The notes under the pieces were generated by a model. It saw nothing but the letters and a program-made list of their open reading frames with translations. It was not told where the DNA came from and did not search any database. Position numbers and translations under genes: made by a program. A stretch of DNA of 64,000 bases from Lingula anatina (lineage: Eukaryota > Animalia > Brachiopoda): positions 1,798,001-1,862,000 of the forward strand of contig CM120642.1 of NCBI GenBank assembly GCA_051362555.1. Reading direction: 5' to 3'. Shown piece after piece: positions 39,414 to 53,190 of the stretch (the stretch's first letter is position 1; every line of letters begins with the position of its first letter).

Positions 39414-42400
39414 ATGCCCGCCATATTCTCCCAACCGCTGGAAAAACAGGAGTTGCAGATCAATGCGATCGACGTCGAGGTAGTCGTGGGCGTTGACATG
39501 ACAAAATTAAAGGCAGATGCATATTGTAACTCTACCGACTCCGATTTGGATTTGATGACAGGTAAACAAGGCCTGTAGCCAGCCATTTTAGAAAGAGTTT
39601 CTTTTCCTGAGAGAATGGACCTTTAACCATGAACCCTTCTTTTACCTAGATCAAATTTTACCAAAGGCGGACCTTTTGTCGACAAAAAGGGCGGTTCGCT
39701 CGAAACCCCTGAATCCCCCCTGGCTAAGGGCCAGTAAAGTATCACTCAAATAGTGTGTGAATCGCAGCAGTATCATTAGAAGCGTTATGATGTTTTTTCG
39801 TAATCTTCATGCATAATGTTTTGTCGTTTTTTTCTTTCATTCTTTTTTTCTTTTCTTTTTACCCTTTATTTAGTTCCTTACACTATTTTTTCTAGTTGCA
39901 AAAAAGGTAATATATTATTATATTGAATTTATTTTAAGGTGCTCTTGCGAAACGGTTGCGTATTGTTGGTGGAGTCGAATTTGAAAAGGCATGTCGCGCC
40001 GGTAAGGACACCATTATTTTCTCATCTTGAATTTTACATTCTGTTTTTATATAAACTGTAAGCCAGTATCTTCATAACTGAGTATTCTGACTATCTGTGT
40101 CTCACTCGTGTTGTCGTGACTATTGCCGTCCCATACATTAGTCCCCTTTTAATGCCCCTTACATTAACTGCCACACTGAATTCTTGTTTTACTTCATATT
40201 ACTAGTAGGGGTCATTCCATGAAAAAGCGACAATCAGAATCACGTCACTGACATTTTAGTAATATTTGTGTAACTGTTTGATATTACAGATATGACTGCA
40301 TGTGGCGAATAGGCGTGTTTTTTTTCATTAACGAATTAACATTTCACTTCAGCGAGAACCACGGATGGTGTCGCAGTAACCGTCCCTGGTAACCTGAACT
40401 GCAAGCACGTTATTCATCTGGACATTCACCATCGAGGGTCGTGGGCGAATAAAATATTGAAAGTCTTGGAAAAAGCAGACAGCTTAGGCATAACTTCAAT
40501 CGTAATACCTGCGTGTGGAACAGGTAGGCCTACTTTTCTTTATCACGCATGCATTTTCTGTTCTAGAAGATGATTTTGTTTCTTTGCTCGGGTCCTACCT
40601 AACAAACACACACACACATTCAACAATAAAGAAAGTGTACTGTAGTCATGAAAGATAATAGATTTAATGGAGATACGGTTTGTTTCTGTTATGCTAGATA
40701 TTTCTGAACAAAAATATTAAAATTTCGACATTGTCTCATTTCGAAATGCCACCTAAATGTTATAAGTTATAAGGGCATGTATCAATCGATTTCAGGAGCT
40801 GGTGGGTGCGACCCCGATGAGGTATCCCAAGGAATGTTTGAAGCCGTTGCCCAATACGGTCAAGGTGATGCACCGACTATCAAAGAGATTACCATTGTCG
40901 TGTATAAAAAATCTATGGCCGAAAGTTTTCAAATGGGTAGGTTGACCTAGAATTTAACATCAGGTTCTTATTATAAAAATCATCCTTTTTTTAGTTTTAA
41001 AACATTTTGCTGATGAATTTTACATCGAAAAGAAAAAATTGTTCATTGGTATTAAAGGTCTTTATAAACTTTATAAATTTTGCCTTCTGCAGTTAAGTGT
41101 CAGTTAAAAAACAGGCTTGACATTTAATATACAATATTTTTTCAAAATCTTTTTTCTTTATTTTTTTCGTACTTTTCTGACTTATAAATAAAAACAAAGA
41201 TTTATAGCTTGTTTTAATTTACTTTAACAATCTATTCAGTGTAATTGTGTCATCAGTTCTTTAATTGAATTCAACTTATTTAGCAATCAAAAATACATGG
41301 CTTATTCTTAGTCTCACAACAACCATTAAAAGCCTTATTTCAATTTCCACACTTTCTAAATCATCATCTGTGAAAGAGGCTCACAATTGATTCACAATTG
41401 ACGCTCCATATTAGTTTCTAGTCACAGCAACGGTCACTGGTGGGTTTGACCTGGCTGCTACGAAGGCTCTCACGCGGCAAGGCATTCCTTGGATTAGGTT
41501 TTTAAAGTTTTATCTGGAATAATATTCCAGGCATCGATCGAAACTTGTCCAATTTGTTCAGTTATGTTGCAGGACATGTAGGGCGAGTAATGGTCTACCC
41601 ACATATTGTCTGTGTGATTCAAATATGGCGATTTTGATGACCAAGGTAGCTGCTCATTCCCTTGGTTCTGTAAGTTATCTGCGATTAAAAGTACTCTTTG
41701 TGAACCGGTATTTTCATCGTGCAACCACAAATTGTTCCTAAGGTGCCCCCTTTGAAATGGTAGTTAAGTGGTTCCTAGATTATTCCTGTATTTGATGTGG
41801 TTGAGGTTTATATCGATGACTACCATTGGTGTTTTGGCACCAATGTGATATCCACAGCAAATACTGATGCTGCCAAATACCCCAGTCATTCTAGACGCGG
41901 AACACACTTCGTCGTAGGCCTCTTCAGGATGTCTGTAAACTGCACTTTTACTATTTCATCGGTACAGGTGAAATCTGACCTCAATAAAGAAAGCCACGCG
42001 GTTTCAGCCTTCTACCCAATTCATTAGAGAAACGGACGGCGATGTTTTGCTGTTTACAGTGGCTTCCTCAGAGGTCGTCTGGTATTCTTACCTCCCAAAA
42101 CCAGTCTGGTGTTTACTAAGGGCCTTAAAAACGCAATCTGATGGCATTTTGCCCTCATTCTGAACCGAATGGGTGGTCTTTGTTTAGTTGCAACAGTATA
42201 TTCATAAGGACAGTGAGTCCTGCACCCTGGTGGAAAGATTTCAATACATTGGGAGCGGCCTCTGCGTAGGTACATCAGTGGAATTACTCCACAAAACTGT
42301 ACGGACCGCTCCGTGTGACACAATAATCTGTCTGACAAGTTCTGTCTTTTTCGCGTCATTATAGCACAGATGAACAATATTGTAAAACATTGCTTAGCTC

Positions 42401-43496
42401 ATTTTATGCACTGCAAAACCGACTACTGGCATGAAAAATTTCAAATTCTTCTAAACACATTTCTAAGCGCCTGTTTTGTCTCAGTTTTTCGATGCGTTTA
42501 GCTCCTAAGCGCGTTTAGCTCCTTAACATAATACGCGCTTTTAGACCGAATGTGTTTAGTATTATTACTGATGCATCTCTGAACAGCTACTTTACAGGTA
42601 TCAAATATAATCCGAGCTTTCGACCCCTAGGCCTTCTTCGGGGATTATGAAAAAATATTGTAAAAAAGGAAATTAAAATAGAAATAAGGTCAAGGATGAA
42701 TAAGTCCAGCTGTAATATATTTTTTCTGTACATAGACAAAAATAGTATACATATATAATCGGTACCAATTTTTAGCCTGACCATTGACCATATTCTTCTT
42801 CTTGATAATGGTAAAACCTCTTTCCTCACTCCTTAATTTTATTGCCTAGACTAACTCATTCTGAATATTTTCAGGTAAACTGGAAAAGCTACTTCAAAAC
42901 AGCAAGGGATATCAAGATGCCTTGAAAACTGTCAAACAAACCGCACCATTGACCTCAATCAAAGAGGTGTGTGTTGTCGTAAATGGTAGTTATGATCTTT
43001 AAAAAATAACTTGATTTTTATTAACCGATTGAATGGGTTTTTAGTCTATTCTCCTGTAAGATTCGAAATATTACTTATTTCAGTAGTGGATGTGGACAAT
43101 ACGTGGTCCCTATGTCTTACAGTGCCTTAAGTTAATATTTTATCAAAAAAAATTATCAACATGATCTAGGTATTCCTTTTCATTAGTTTTCTTTATTGTA
43201 CACGAAAACATTTAAGGTGTGAAATACGTTTGATTTTCACTTTGTTGATTGTGTATCTCTCTTATTAACAGCATCGTTACAGAATGTCACCTACTATCTT
43301 TCAGATTTTTAAAATTAAGCATCCCATATTGAGTGCCCGATACCTTTTTACAAAAAGAAGAATGCAAAAGGACGAAACGAAAGCCTACACTACCATTGAA
43401 AAATCACTTTTTCATGGAACTGATCCTTATGCTGCTCAGCAAATCTGCAATACTGGTTTTAAGAGCGCTGTTGGAAAAAAGAACGGTAATAATCTC

Positions 43497-43560
<64 letters not shown>

Positions 43561-43620
43561 CTGAGACCTATTTCTCGCTCTCGTGCACTGGCATTGATAC
43601 AAACTCTGACACACCCACTT

Positions 43621-43671
<51 letters not shown>

Positions 43672-44115
43672 GTCACGTAGGCCCCTACTCTTCTCCATCT
43701 CTCTCTCTCTCTCTCAGTCTCTCTCTCTCTCTCTCTCTGTCACTCAGTCACTCACTCTCTCAGTCACTCACGCTTCTCTCTCTCAAACACACACTTATTT
43801 GCTGTATGCTATTTCAACAACACCACCAAAATCATGACAGATGGATGAATAGGTCTCGCTAATTCGTTGGTTTTAAATACAGGACGTGCTTACGGGAATG
43901 GAACCTACTTTGCCAGAGATGCGAGTTATTCCCTGCGTTATGCCAATGGAATATTTATTCTGGCTGATGTACTGACTGGACGTTCTGAAGATGTTGGATA
44001 TAATGACAGATGTTCTACTCCCCCTGGGATTGATTCATTTCGAGCCCAAAACGGAGAGATATATGTTATCTTCGACGATGCTCAGTCACTTCCAAAATAC
44101 CTGGTTACAGTTTAA
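39414..44115 (+). CDS. Gene C: compact macrodomain + PARP catalytic domain, probable mono-ADP-ribosyltransferase (PARP14/15-like), ~342 aa
   Basis: Exons 39414-39561, 39939-40001, 40353-40523, 40796-40936, 42875-42966, 43305-43485, 43883-44115 join in frame (1029 nt). LFHGTD, YGNGTYFARDASYS, LADVLTG, GEIYVIFDDAQSLPKYLV motifs. Confidence 0.92.
41440..42250 (-). mobile_element. Highly decayed Tc1-like transposase remnant; related fragment on + strand at ~37680-37890
   Basis: LPWSSKSPYLNHTDNMW resembles the Tc1 WPxxSPDLNPIENxW motif; nucleotide similarity between the two loci. Confidence 0.7.
42607..42648 (-). ncRNA. Minimal type I hammerhead ribozyme motif (Penelope-associated type) with a core substitution
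   Basis: Minus strand reads ATAATCC-CCGAAGA-A-GGCC-TAGG-GGTC-GAAA-GC-TC-GGATTAT: 7-bp stem I, stem II, palindromic AGCT stem III. Confidence 0.7.
43503..43792. repeat. Compound (CT)n/(CA)n microsatellite in the last intron of gene C
   Basis: Direct read. Confidence 0.95.
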
Positions 44116-44662
44116 TCACTACTGTCAGGTAAGACGGTATTAGAATGCTTGCCATTGGGTGTGTATTTTGTCATTTTAACTGTATGTTCAGAATAAGAAT
44201 TGGATTGCGAACACAAGGATGGTGCGTCAAGATTAAATGATGATTTTCCATCTATTACTGAAATTTGAATGTAAAGTGTTGTTGAATTCATTCATGTACT
44301 TTTCTATTTTAATATTAGGCAAAAAAAGAAAACCGCTGATGATGTGGACAGGACAAAATGGAAACGTGTCTCTGAAGATGATATATAACTCTTATTAATG
44401 TTTAATTGTACGTTTGTGCTCTTGTTTTGCAGTATTACAGCTTTTATTGGGATGGCAGTTTTTGGAAACAAACAAAATAAAAATAGGACTATTTAGTTTA
44501 TTTGTACTTGGCCAAATTCTGAAATGTGTGAATGGAAATAAACTGGTTTCAGAACAAATGGATATTTAACGCTGTTGTTTTTAATAATTGCTGCATAACG
44601 GACTGCATTTCTATCAACATCTGTAGGCCTAAATATTACTTATATAACAGGGCCGTAGCCTC

Positions 44663-44694
<32 letters not shown>

Positions 44695-47561
44695 GGGGGG
44701 GCAGCTGCCCCCCCCCCCCCTGGGATTTGAGGTGCAAAAGAAATAATCGCAAATGCCAAATGAACCCACAATTTCTGACTTCTGATTGAGCAATAAATAA
44801 CAGTTAAAATGCACCAGAATGCAGTATTATACATACAGTTTTTAAAAATTTTCCACACCGTGGGAGGGGGGCAACCCCTCCCCCCCCCTCAGGGGCTTCG
44901 CCCCCTCGTATCCGCTTACTGCCCCCCCCTGGCATTTTGCTCAGGCTACGGCCCTGTATAAGATCATTTAATTGCTTCTTTTTTATTTCAAAGAGGTGGC
45001 GGGCGACAATAGAAAAATATTTCTTGATAACACCTAGGATTATTTAAGAATTTATGTTGAAAGCATAGTATTATTTTTCACCGAGACAATCACAGATATC
45101 AAGATTGCACTTGAAAACGTAAGAAAGCTTCTGATATATAACATGTTTTGACTTTTTTATAAGTCTGTATTTGAATCGTTGATCAGTGGCTTGATAATTT
45201 TCTGTCTATTATTTTATTATTTATTTTATTTAGTATTGTTTTTCACCGGGACCTAAACAATTACAGATATCACTTTTGCACTTGAAAAGCTAAAAACCTT
45301 CTGATATTTTAGTATGTTTTTAAATTTTTTTATTAGTCTGCATTTGAAAATATTATCGTTCATCATTTGCTTGATTACCTTCTGGCTAATCGTAATCGAT
45401 TTTGTGTTTACGCCTTAAAGAAATTTCGAAACATGTCCACTTGAATCAAAATCTATAGAAACTGTTTAAAGATTATACATGTATATTAATTTGATGGTCT
45501 GGATCAAATTATATTATCTTCTCTTGGATCTTAATTTGGAGAGGTATGGGGCTACATGTACACAACAGACTTTTATTTTAAAAAAAGTCAGTCTAACGTG
45601 AATTATGTTAAAGATTTTAATTATTTTGTTAATTTGTGTGGCGTAGACAGATATTAGTATTGAAAAGTTGAGAAACCTGATTATTCTTTGCGTTTTTTTT
45701 TTGGTTATTTTCAGTAATGAGTTTTCAAAAATGTTATTGTTGATCAACTAATTGATAATAACGAGTATCTGGATGTGCAGATTTTGTTGATAGTGTAAAA
45801 GTTTTAGTTAACGTCTTAAAGAAATCATACCTGTATGCACTTTATTGTTGCCTTGATTCATATTTTGTCTGTAAGGATTCGAGCCTTTTTAGATTAAAGA
45901 AAATAATATAACGGGTAGCATAAAATGTGTACCTTCAGGTAGATTGAAGTTTTGGGGCAGTTAATGATATAATATAAGGCTTGAATTCTGAAATATATGA
46001 AAATACAGTTGTAAACAGAAAGTTATATCATTGAATAAAATTTATTATGAACTCGTGTTATACTCTTATTATCATATTAAGCTGACTTCAGACGAATATG
46101 CCAAGTGCAAATTAAGTAACAATCCTTAAAATTATTTAGCTTTTAATCTGAATTCAGCAAAAAAAAAAAAAGCATTGTGCATTGTTTTCAATCAAAACTG
46201 ACATTTACGTATCATATCACGGAAATAAGTTCTTAGATTAAAACAGCTAGGTCTTGGTAGCCCAAGGAAGGGTCTCAAACGCCGTGGTATCGGTATAAAA
46301 TATGGGGGTGGTTTTAACTTTTAGGGGGGGGGGGGGGTGAGTCACATACAGGCGAATCCATCAAATTTCCGAGGGGAGGGGAGAGGATATGATATTTTGC
46401 GCTTCAGTTGGCCATTTATACACCGACGGTCCCATAATTTTCTGAGTAAGGGAGAGGTGTATGGTTTTTTCGCTTCAATCGCTGCGTATAGATGTGAAAA
46501 AACAAAGTTTAGAGAAAACAGAGTACGGGAAGGGACGAGAGCACCAGTGTCACACCCAGCTGGATGCAACAGTTTTATACAGGCCGCCGGTCACGTGGCC
46601 ATAACATCACTATTCATTTTGTCATGACTACCAACTTTCTTCGCATAAGAAGGAAAATTAACACCCATTTTGCCGTCATATTAAATTGCTGATAAATATA
46701 CATGTATATTTACTCTCTCTTCTGTCTGTTTTTTTTTATTTCTTTCTCGTTTCTCTGGGAAATATTTTTAAACACCCCATTACGATCATTTCAGCGATTA
46801 GCACCGTTTCCTTACCCTAGGTTCCAGATTTTAGTTTTGACGTCGTGATTCCCTGAATAATATGAGGCATGTCAATCTCTAAAAAAATCGGAACCCCCCC
46901 CCCCCATTAAAATATCTTGGATCTGCCCCTGATAGTTCTAAATTTGAAAAATAAAGACTGAAGCTGCAATACCCTTCTGTAAGCGGAGGAAGGTAAACAA
47001 GGCAGCAAAGCTGTCAAATGTACAGACAAAAAACAGAAAATAAAGATGCAAAAAAGGTCATTTTGTCAATTTTGATGCAATAATAAATAATGCTTATAAT
47101 AGCACTGTCAGTCAACACTGAATTTTAATCTTGCACAACAGGTAACATGGTCAATAACAGGAGCGGACCCAGAGATATTTTCTGACAGTATTACGAATCT
47201 ATGTTGATCCATCCTCCATTTTGATGGTCTTCCAACAGAAAAAAATAGATACCAGTCAATATAAACTTAATAACCTGACTGTCTTCCGGAAGACCCAGAA
47301 GATGGTCTCAATCCACCCCTTCAATAAGATTACAGTTTCAGGACCATGAGAGTTCAAATTCACATTATGAAAGTCTCAATATTTGAAAAATGATGAAAGT
47401 GCATAAAATAATATTACATAATGTTTAAAGACATAAAAAACAATACAACTGCTTATGTAGAAATACAGAAAATGTGCAGAGCCCCAGGCAGATGAGAGCC
47501 TGCCTGGGGCTAAAAGTCACAAATGCAAGTGTTTGAGAAAAAATTATAAAGGAAAACAACA

Positions 47562-47799
47562 AAACTAGAAAAGCACTTTGAGAGTGCAGACCTCTGCCAA
47601 GGCAGCAATTGTTGATTATTATTGATAATTGATTGATTATTGATCCGGACCACCACCAAAAATTAATCATTGTCCTCTTTGGCCCACTTCCGACAGTTCC
47701 TGAAAATTTCTGCAAAATCAGTCCATAACATTTTGTGTTATGTGGATGACAGACAAACAGGGGTGAAAATATAACCTCCTTGGCAGAGCTTGAGGTAAA
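47562..47799 (+). mobile_element. Short HINE of a second family nested in the large element
   Basis: ACTAGAAAAGCACTTTGAGAGTGCAGACCTCTGCCAAGG start, GACA microsatellite, ACCTCCTTGGCAGAG...GAGGTAA 3' hairpin. Confidence 0.7.
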
Positions 47800-50354
47800 T
47801 ATAATTCCAATGAAGCTGCTATTCAAACTTTTAATCTTCCAGTTTGATATATATACACATATATATATATATAAAAAAACTTATTTGCAATATTAAACAA
47901 AATTTACCTGCATAATTATCACTGCTTCCTTATTATTAATCTAGCAGAGAGCTTTACCTTTGGGAGTTTACAGGGAAATATCAACAAGTGTGCTTTACGT
48001 AATCTCATTTAATGGCCTATTAAAGCAAATGACTTTATAACTCTGAAATTAATCTAGTGATACCCAAGGGTAATTTACAGACTGACCCACTCAAAGGTCT
48101 TCAGGCCCATAAGTCACACCTTAAGAAAAGCACAAAACCATAATGCCCAAAATAGGAGACTACCAATCCTGATGCAATAATACATTATGTCAACATCAAC
48201 TTATGCACAACAGGTAACACAGACGAAAGTAAAAGCATAAGGCTTCAGGCCCATCAGAGTTCAAGTTTATACTTAGAAAGTGCCAGAATGAGAAAAATGA
48301 AAATTTCACAAAAAATGCATAAATACAATAAACATGATAATCCAATAGAGCTGGTTTTCTCATGAGCTGAAGGCCAATCCTAAAAATCGTACTTGTAAGT
48401 TTAAAATTATAATAAGTAGCACAGTTTTCTTTTCATAATGTTTGCAGTAGCAGTGCAAAAAGATTGTCAATTTTGATGTAACATTACATAATAAATTAGA
48501 GAATAATTATCATCAATTTTTGTTTATTGACTATAAATAGGATGGACATGTAGAAAATATGATTACCATTTGGCTTCATGTCCATGGGAGCTCCGAGTCC
48601 CACAATGAATATGCCAAAAAAGATAATGAATATAACACTAAAATGTATAGCTTCCAGAAAAAGAAGCCAATTAGACTGCTTTTCTAACTCAGGCTGCATT
48701 TTAGTCCTGTGTTTCTTTTTTGAAAGTTTGACAGTTATAAGTAACATGGTTTTTCCATAATGGTCATCAAGGCAGCAGCACCAAAAATTGTTTTCTTCTA
48801 TTTTGATGCAACATTACATAATGCTTAACAGCATAATGACCATCGATTTTTAATAATAAAATATAAGTGTCATGGATTTTCACAAAATGTGACTAGCACG
48901 GGTCTTCAAGCCCGTGGAGGTTCTAAGTCACACCTTGGAAATGCCAATATGTGAAAAATTAAATTTTCACAAAAAACTGTTTAATTGCCAGAAAAATTTA
49001 CCAAACAGACTGCATTGCCTACTGAAGCTGTATTTTAGACCCACGTTTCTTTCCTGTAAGTTTGAGAACAGTAATTGACATGATTTTTGTTAAATGGTCA
49101 TCATGGGAGCAGTGCCCAAAATAGGGGTTTCTTCAAATTTTGATGCAACATTACATAATGTTTAACAGCATAATGACCATCAATTTTTAATTATAAAATA
49201 TTAGTATCATGGATATTCAGGAAATGTGACAAGCAAAGGTCTTCAGGATCATGGAACTTCAAAGTCACACCTTGAAAATGCCAATAAGTGAAAAATTAAA
49301 TTTTCACAAAAAACTGTTTAATTGCCAGAAAAATTTACCAAACAGACTGCATTGCCTACTGGAGCTGTATTTTAGTCCCATGTTTCTTTCCTGTAAGTTT
49401 GAGAACAGTAAGTGACATGATTTTCCTTAAATGGTCATCATGGGAGCAGTGCCCAAAATAGGGGTTTCTTAAAATTTTCATGCAATATTACATAATGTTT
49501 TACTGCATAATGACCATCAATTTTTAATTATAAAATATTAGTATCATGGTTATTCAGAAAATGTGACTAGCAAAAGCCTTCAGGCCCATGGAACTTCAAA
49601 GTCACATATTGAAAATGCCAAAATGTAAACAATACAGCACTGTTCTGAAATGGGTTTATTTCCATTTTTAACACTTTTTAAACATAAAACAACATAAACA
49701 GTTTACTGCCATTTTTATATGACCAATGAAGAAAATTGATGAGATGGGAAAAGTATCAATAGAACAGTTTTAAATGTCCAACTTCCTCCATTCTGAGATT
49801 CTGAACATAGTGGATGAATACATCTGACAAACTGCAATGATATGAGTTTATTTCCATTTTTGACACTTTATTACACAATACATGATAACAAGTTTACCAT
49901 CATTTTTACAAAATCAACTAACAATGTTGTAAAGATGCAGGAAATGCCAAACAAACACATTTACGTATCTTATTACTTCAATAATGAGACTGTTAACATG
50001 CCTAAGAATTGAATGTGAGGAAATGTGAAAAAACAGCATTACCTTTTAAAATAATGGACTGATTACGCTGATTTTCAAACTCAACCTGCGTTTTAGTAAG
50101 ATTGGCCCCTCCTGTGAGTATAATGACAATTGGCCAATCTGTTTTTCTTATATTGTGTTATCAGTGTTGCATATATACTGAAAAAAGTGAAAAAAAACAG
50201 CATAAATTCCCTATAAGTGACCCGATCGTGCTGATTTTCGAACTTGACCTGCGTATTATGAATATTTATCAGTTCTGTAAGTTTCAAGCCAAAGGGTAAA
50301 ACAGCTCTTCATTTATTGTGTTATCAGTGTTGCAAAAATGCTGAAAAAAAGTGA

Positions 50355-52183
50355 AACAAGGCAGCAAAGCTGTCAAATGTACAGACAAAAAGCAGGAAAT
50401 AACTATGCACAAAATAGGCTACTGTCAATTCTGATGCAAAAGTACATTATGTTAAACTGCAAATTCAACATCAAATTTTAATTATGCTCAACAGGTAATA
50501 CCAATGTAAGTAAAATGTGTAACAAGCATAAGGCTTCAGGCCCATGGCAGTTCAAGTTCACACTTTGAAAATGAATAACTTCCAGAAAAAGAAGCCAATC
50601 AGACTGCTTTTCCAACTCAGGCTGCATTTTAGTCCTGTATTTCTTTTTTGAACGTTTGGCAATCATCAGTAACATGGTTTTCCCATAATGGTCATCATGG
50701 CAGCAGCACCCAAAATTGTGTTTTCTTCTATTCTGATGCATTATTACATAATGGTTAACAGCATAATGACCGTCAATTTTTAATAATAAAATATACATAT
50801 CATGGATTTTCAGAAAATGTGACTAGCATGGGTCTTCAAGCCCATGGAACTTCAAAGTCACACCTTGAAAATGCCAATATGTGAAAAATTAAATTTTCAC
50901 AAAAAAAAAAAAAAAACTGTTTAACTAGCAGAAAGAATTACCAAACACACTGCATTGCCTACTGAAGCTGTATTTTAGTCCCGTGTTTCTTTCCTGTAAG
51001 TTTGAGAACAGTAAGTGACATGATTTTTCTTAAATGGTCATCATGGGAGCAGTGCCCAAAATATTTTTTTTCCAAATTTTGATGCAATATTACATAACGT
51101 TTAACAGCATAATGACCATCAATTTTTAATGATAAAATATTAGTATTATGGATATTCAGAAAATGTGACTAGCAAAGGTCTTCAGGCCCATGGAACTTCA
51201 AAGTCACACCTTGAAAATGCCAAAATGTAAACAAGACAGCACTGTTCTGAAATGGGTGTTTTCCCATTTTTAACAATTTTTTAACATAAAACAAAATTAA
51301 CAGTTTACTGCCATTTTTATATGATCAACTAAGAAAATTGATGAGATGTGAAAAATATCAATAGAACAGTGTCAAATGTCCAATTTCCTCCATTCTGAGT
51401 TTCTGAACATAGTGAATGATTGAATCTTACAAACTGCAATGATATGAGTTTATTTCCATTTTTGATACCTTATTACACAATACACGATAACAAGTTTACC
51501 ATCATTTTTACAAAATCAACTAACAATGTTGTAAAGATGCAGGAAATGTCAAACAAACACTTTTACTTATCTTATTAATTAAATAATGAGACTGTTAACA
51601 TGCCTAAGAATTGAATCTGAGGAAATGTGAAAAAACAGCATAACTTATAAAATAATGGTCCGATTATGCTGATTTTCGAACTTGACCTGCGCTTTAGTAA
51701 GATTGATTACTCCTGTGAGTTTCATGACAACAGGCCTATGGGTTTTCCTTGAAATGTGTTAACAGTGTTGCAAATATGCTGAAAAGTGAAAAAACAGCAT
51801 AACTACTAAAATAGTGGCCCCATCAAGCCGATTTTCGAACTTGATCTGCGTTTTAGTAAGATTGATTACTCCTGTGAGTTTCATGACAACAGGCCTATCA
51901 GTTTTCCTTGAAATGTGTTAACAGTGTTGCATATATGCTGAAAAGTGAAAAAACAGCATAAATTCTACAATAATGGCCCGATCATGCTGATTTTCGAACT
52001 TGACCTGCGTTTTATGAATATTCATCAGCTCTGTAAATATAAAACCAAAAAGTAAAACTGTCTTCCACTTATGGTGTTAACGCTGAAAGTGCACGGCGAC
52101 ATGATCGGCGACGGCGACGGCGACGGCGACGACAGACGCAGGTGATGGCAATATGTACAGACACATCTGTGTCTGTACATAAA
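50355..52183 (+). mobile_element. Second copy of the same HINE nested inside the outer copy
   Basis: Identical 5' end at ~50355 and 3' hairpin at 52152-52181; removing it restores a ~160-bp repeat unit (GTGAA|AAATAGCCTAAATTC) with no TSD. Confidence 0.82.
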
Positions 52184-53126
52184 AATAGCCTAAATTCACT
52201 AAAAATGACCCAATCATGCTGATTTTCGAACTTGACCTGCGTATTATGAATATTCATCAGTTCTGTAGGTTTCAAGCCAAAAGGTCAAATGGTTTTCCAT
52301 TTATGGTGTTATCCGTGCTGCATATATGCTGAAAAAAGAGAAAAAATAGCCTAAATTCACTAAAAATGACCCAATCACGCTGATTTTTGAACTTGACCTG
52401 CGTATTATGTATATTCATCAGTTCTGTAAGTTTCAAGCCAAAAGGTAAAATGGTTTTCCACTTATTGTGTTATCGGTGCTGCATATATGCTGAAAAAAGT
52501 GAAAAAACAGCATAAATTCCCTATAAGTGACCCAATCATGCTGATTTTCGAACTCGACCTGCGTATTATGAATATTCATCAGTTCTGTAAGTTTCAAGCC
52601 AAAAGGTACAATGGTTTTCCACTTATCGTGTTATCGGTGCTGCATATATGTTGAAAAAAGTGAAAAAACAGCATAAATTCCCTAAGAGTGACCCGATCAT
52701 GCTGATTTTCGAACTTGACCTGCGTATTATGAATATTCATCAGTTCTGCAAGTTTCAAATCAAAAGGCAAAATGGTTTTCCACTTATCGTGTTATCGGTT
52801 AAAGTGCACGGCGACGGCGACGGCGACAGCGACGACGGCGACGACAGACGCAGATGATGGCTATATGTACAGACACATCTGTGTCTGTACATAAAAAGTC
52901 TCTAAGGCGCGGCGTTACACTGCTTTAGGACTTAAACTAACTTTACAGGAATGTCAGTCGGTGACACAAAACATCCGAGTTGATTTTACTGATTTTAAAA
53001 TATATAAACTTAACATATACAACAGTTAACACGACATTAAGAACGCAAGAGTTGAAGGACAATATAATTCTTTTATTTTTTTTTTTCAATTCAAGAAAAA
53101 TGAAAGTTTTATGATGCGTGTTTATA

Positions 53127-53190
<64 letters not shown>

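Larger units (their letters stand above)
46996..52897 (+). mobile_element. Non-autonomous Helentron (HINE/DINE-1-like), outer copy
   Basis: 5' AACAAGGCAGCAAAGCTGTCAAATGTACAGACA, internal ~338-bp and ~160-bp tandem repeats, (CGGCGA)n microsatellite, 3' hairpin TATGTACAGACACATCTGTGTCTGTACATA followed by an A run. Confidence 0.82.

Noticed and set aside
43486-43862. SLSL/THTH extension of the 192-aa ORF
   Set aside because: Read-through into an intronic microsatellite; the exon ends at 43485.
51640-52800. CRISPR-like repeat array
   Set aside because: Whole ~160-bp units repeat with no unique spacers, no cas genes, eukaryotic context; explained by the HINE.
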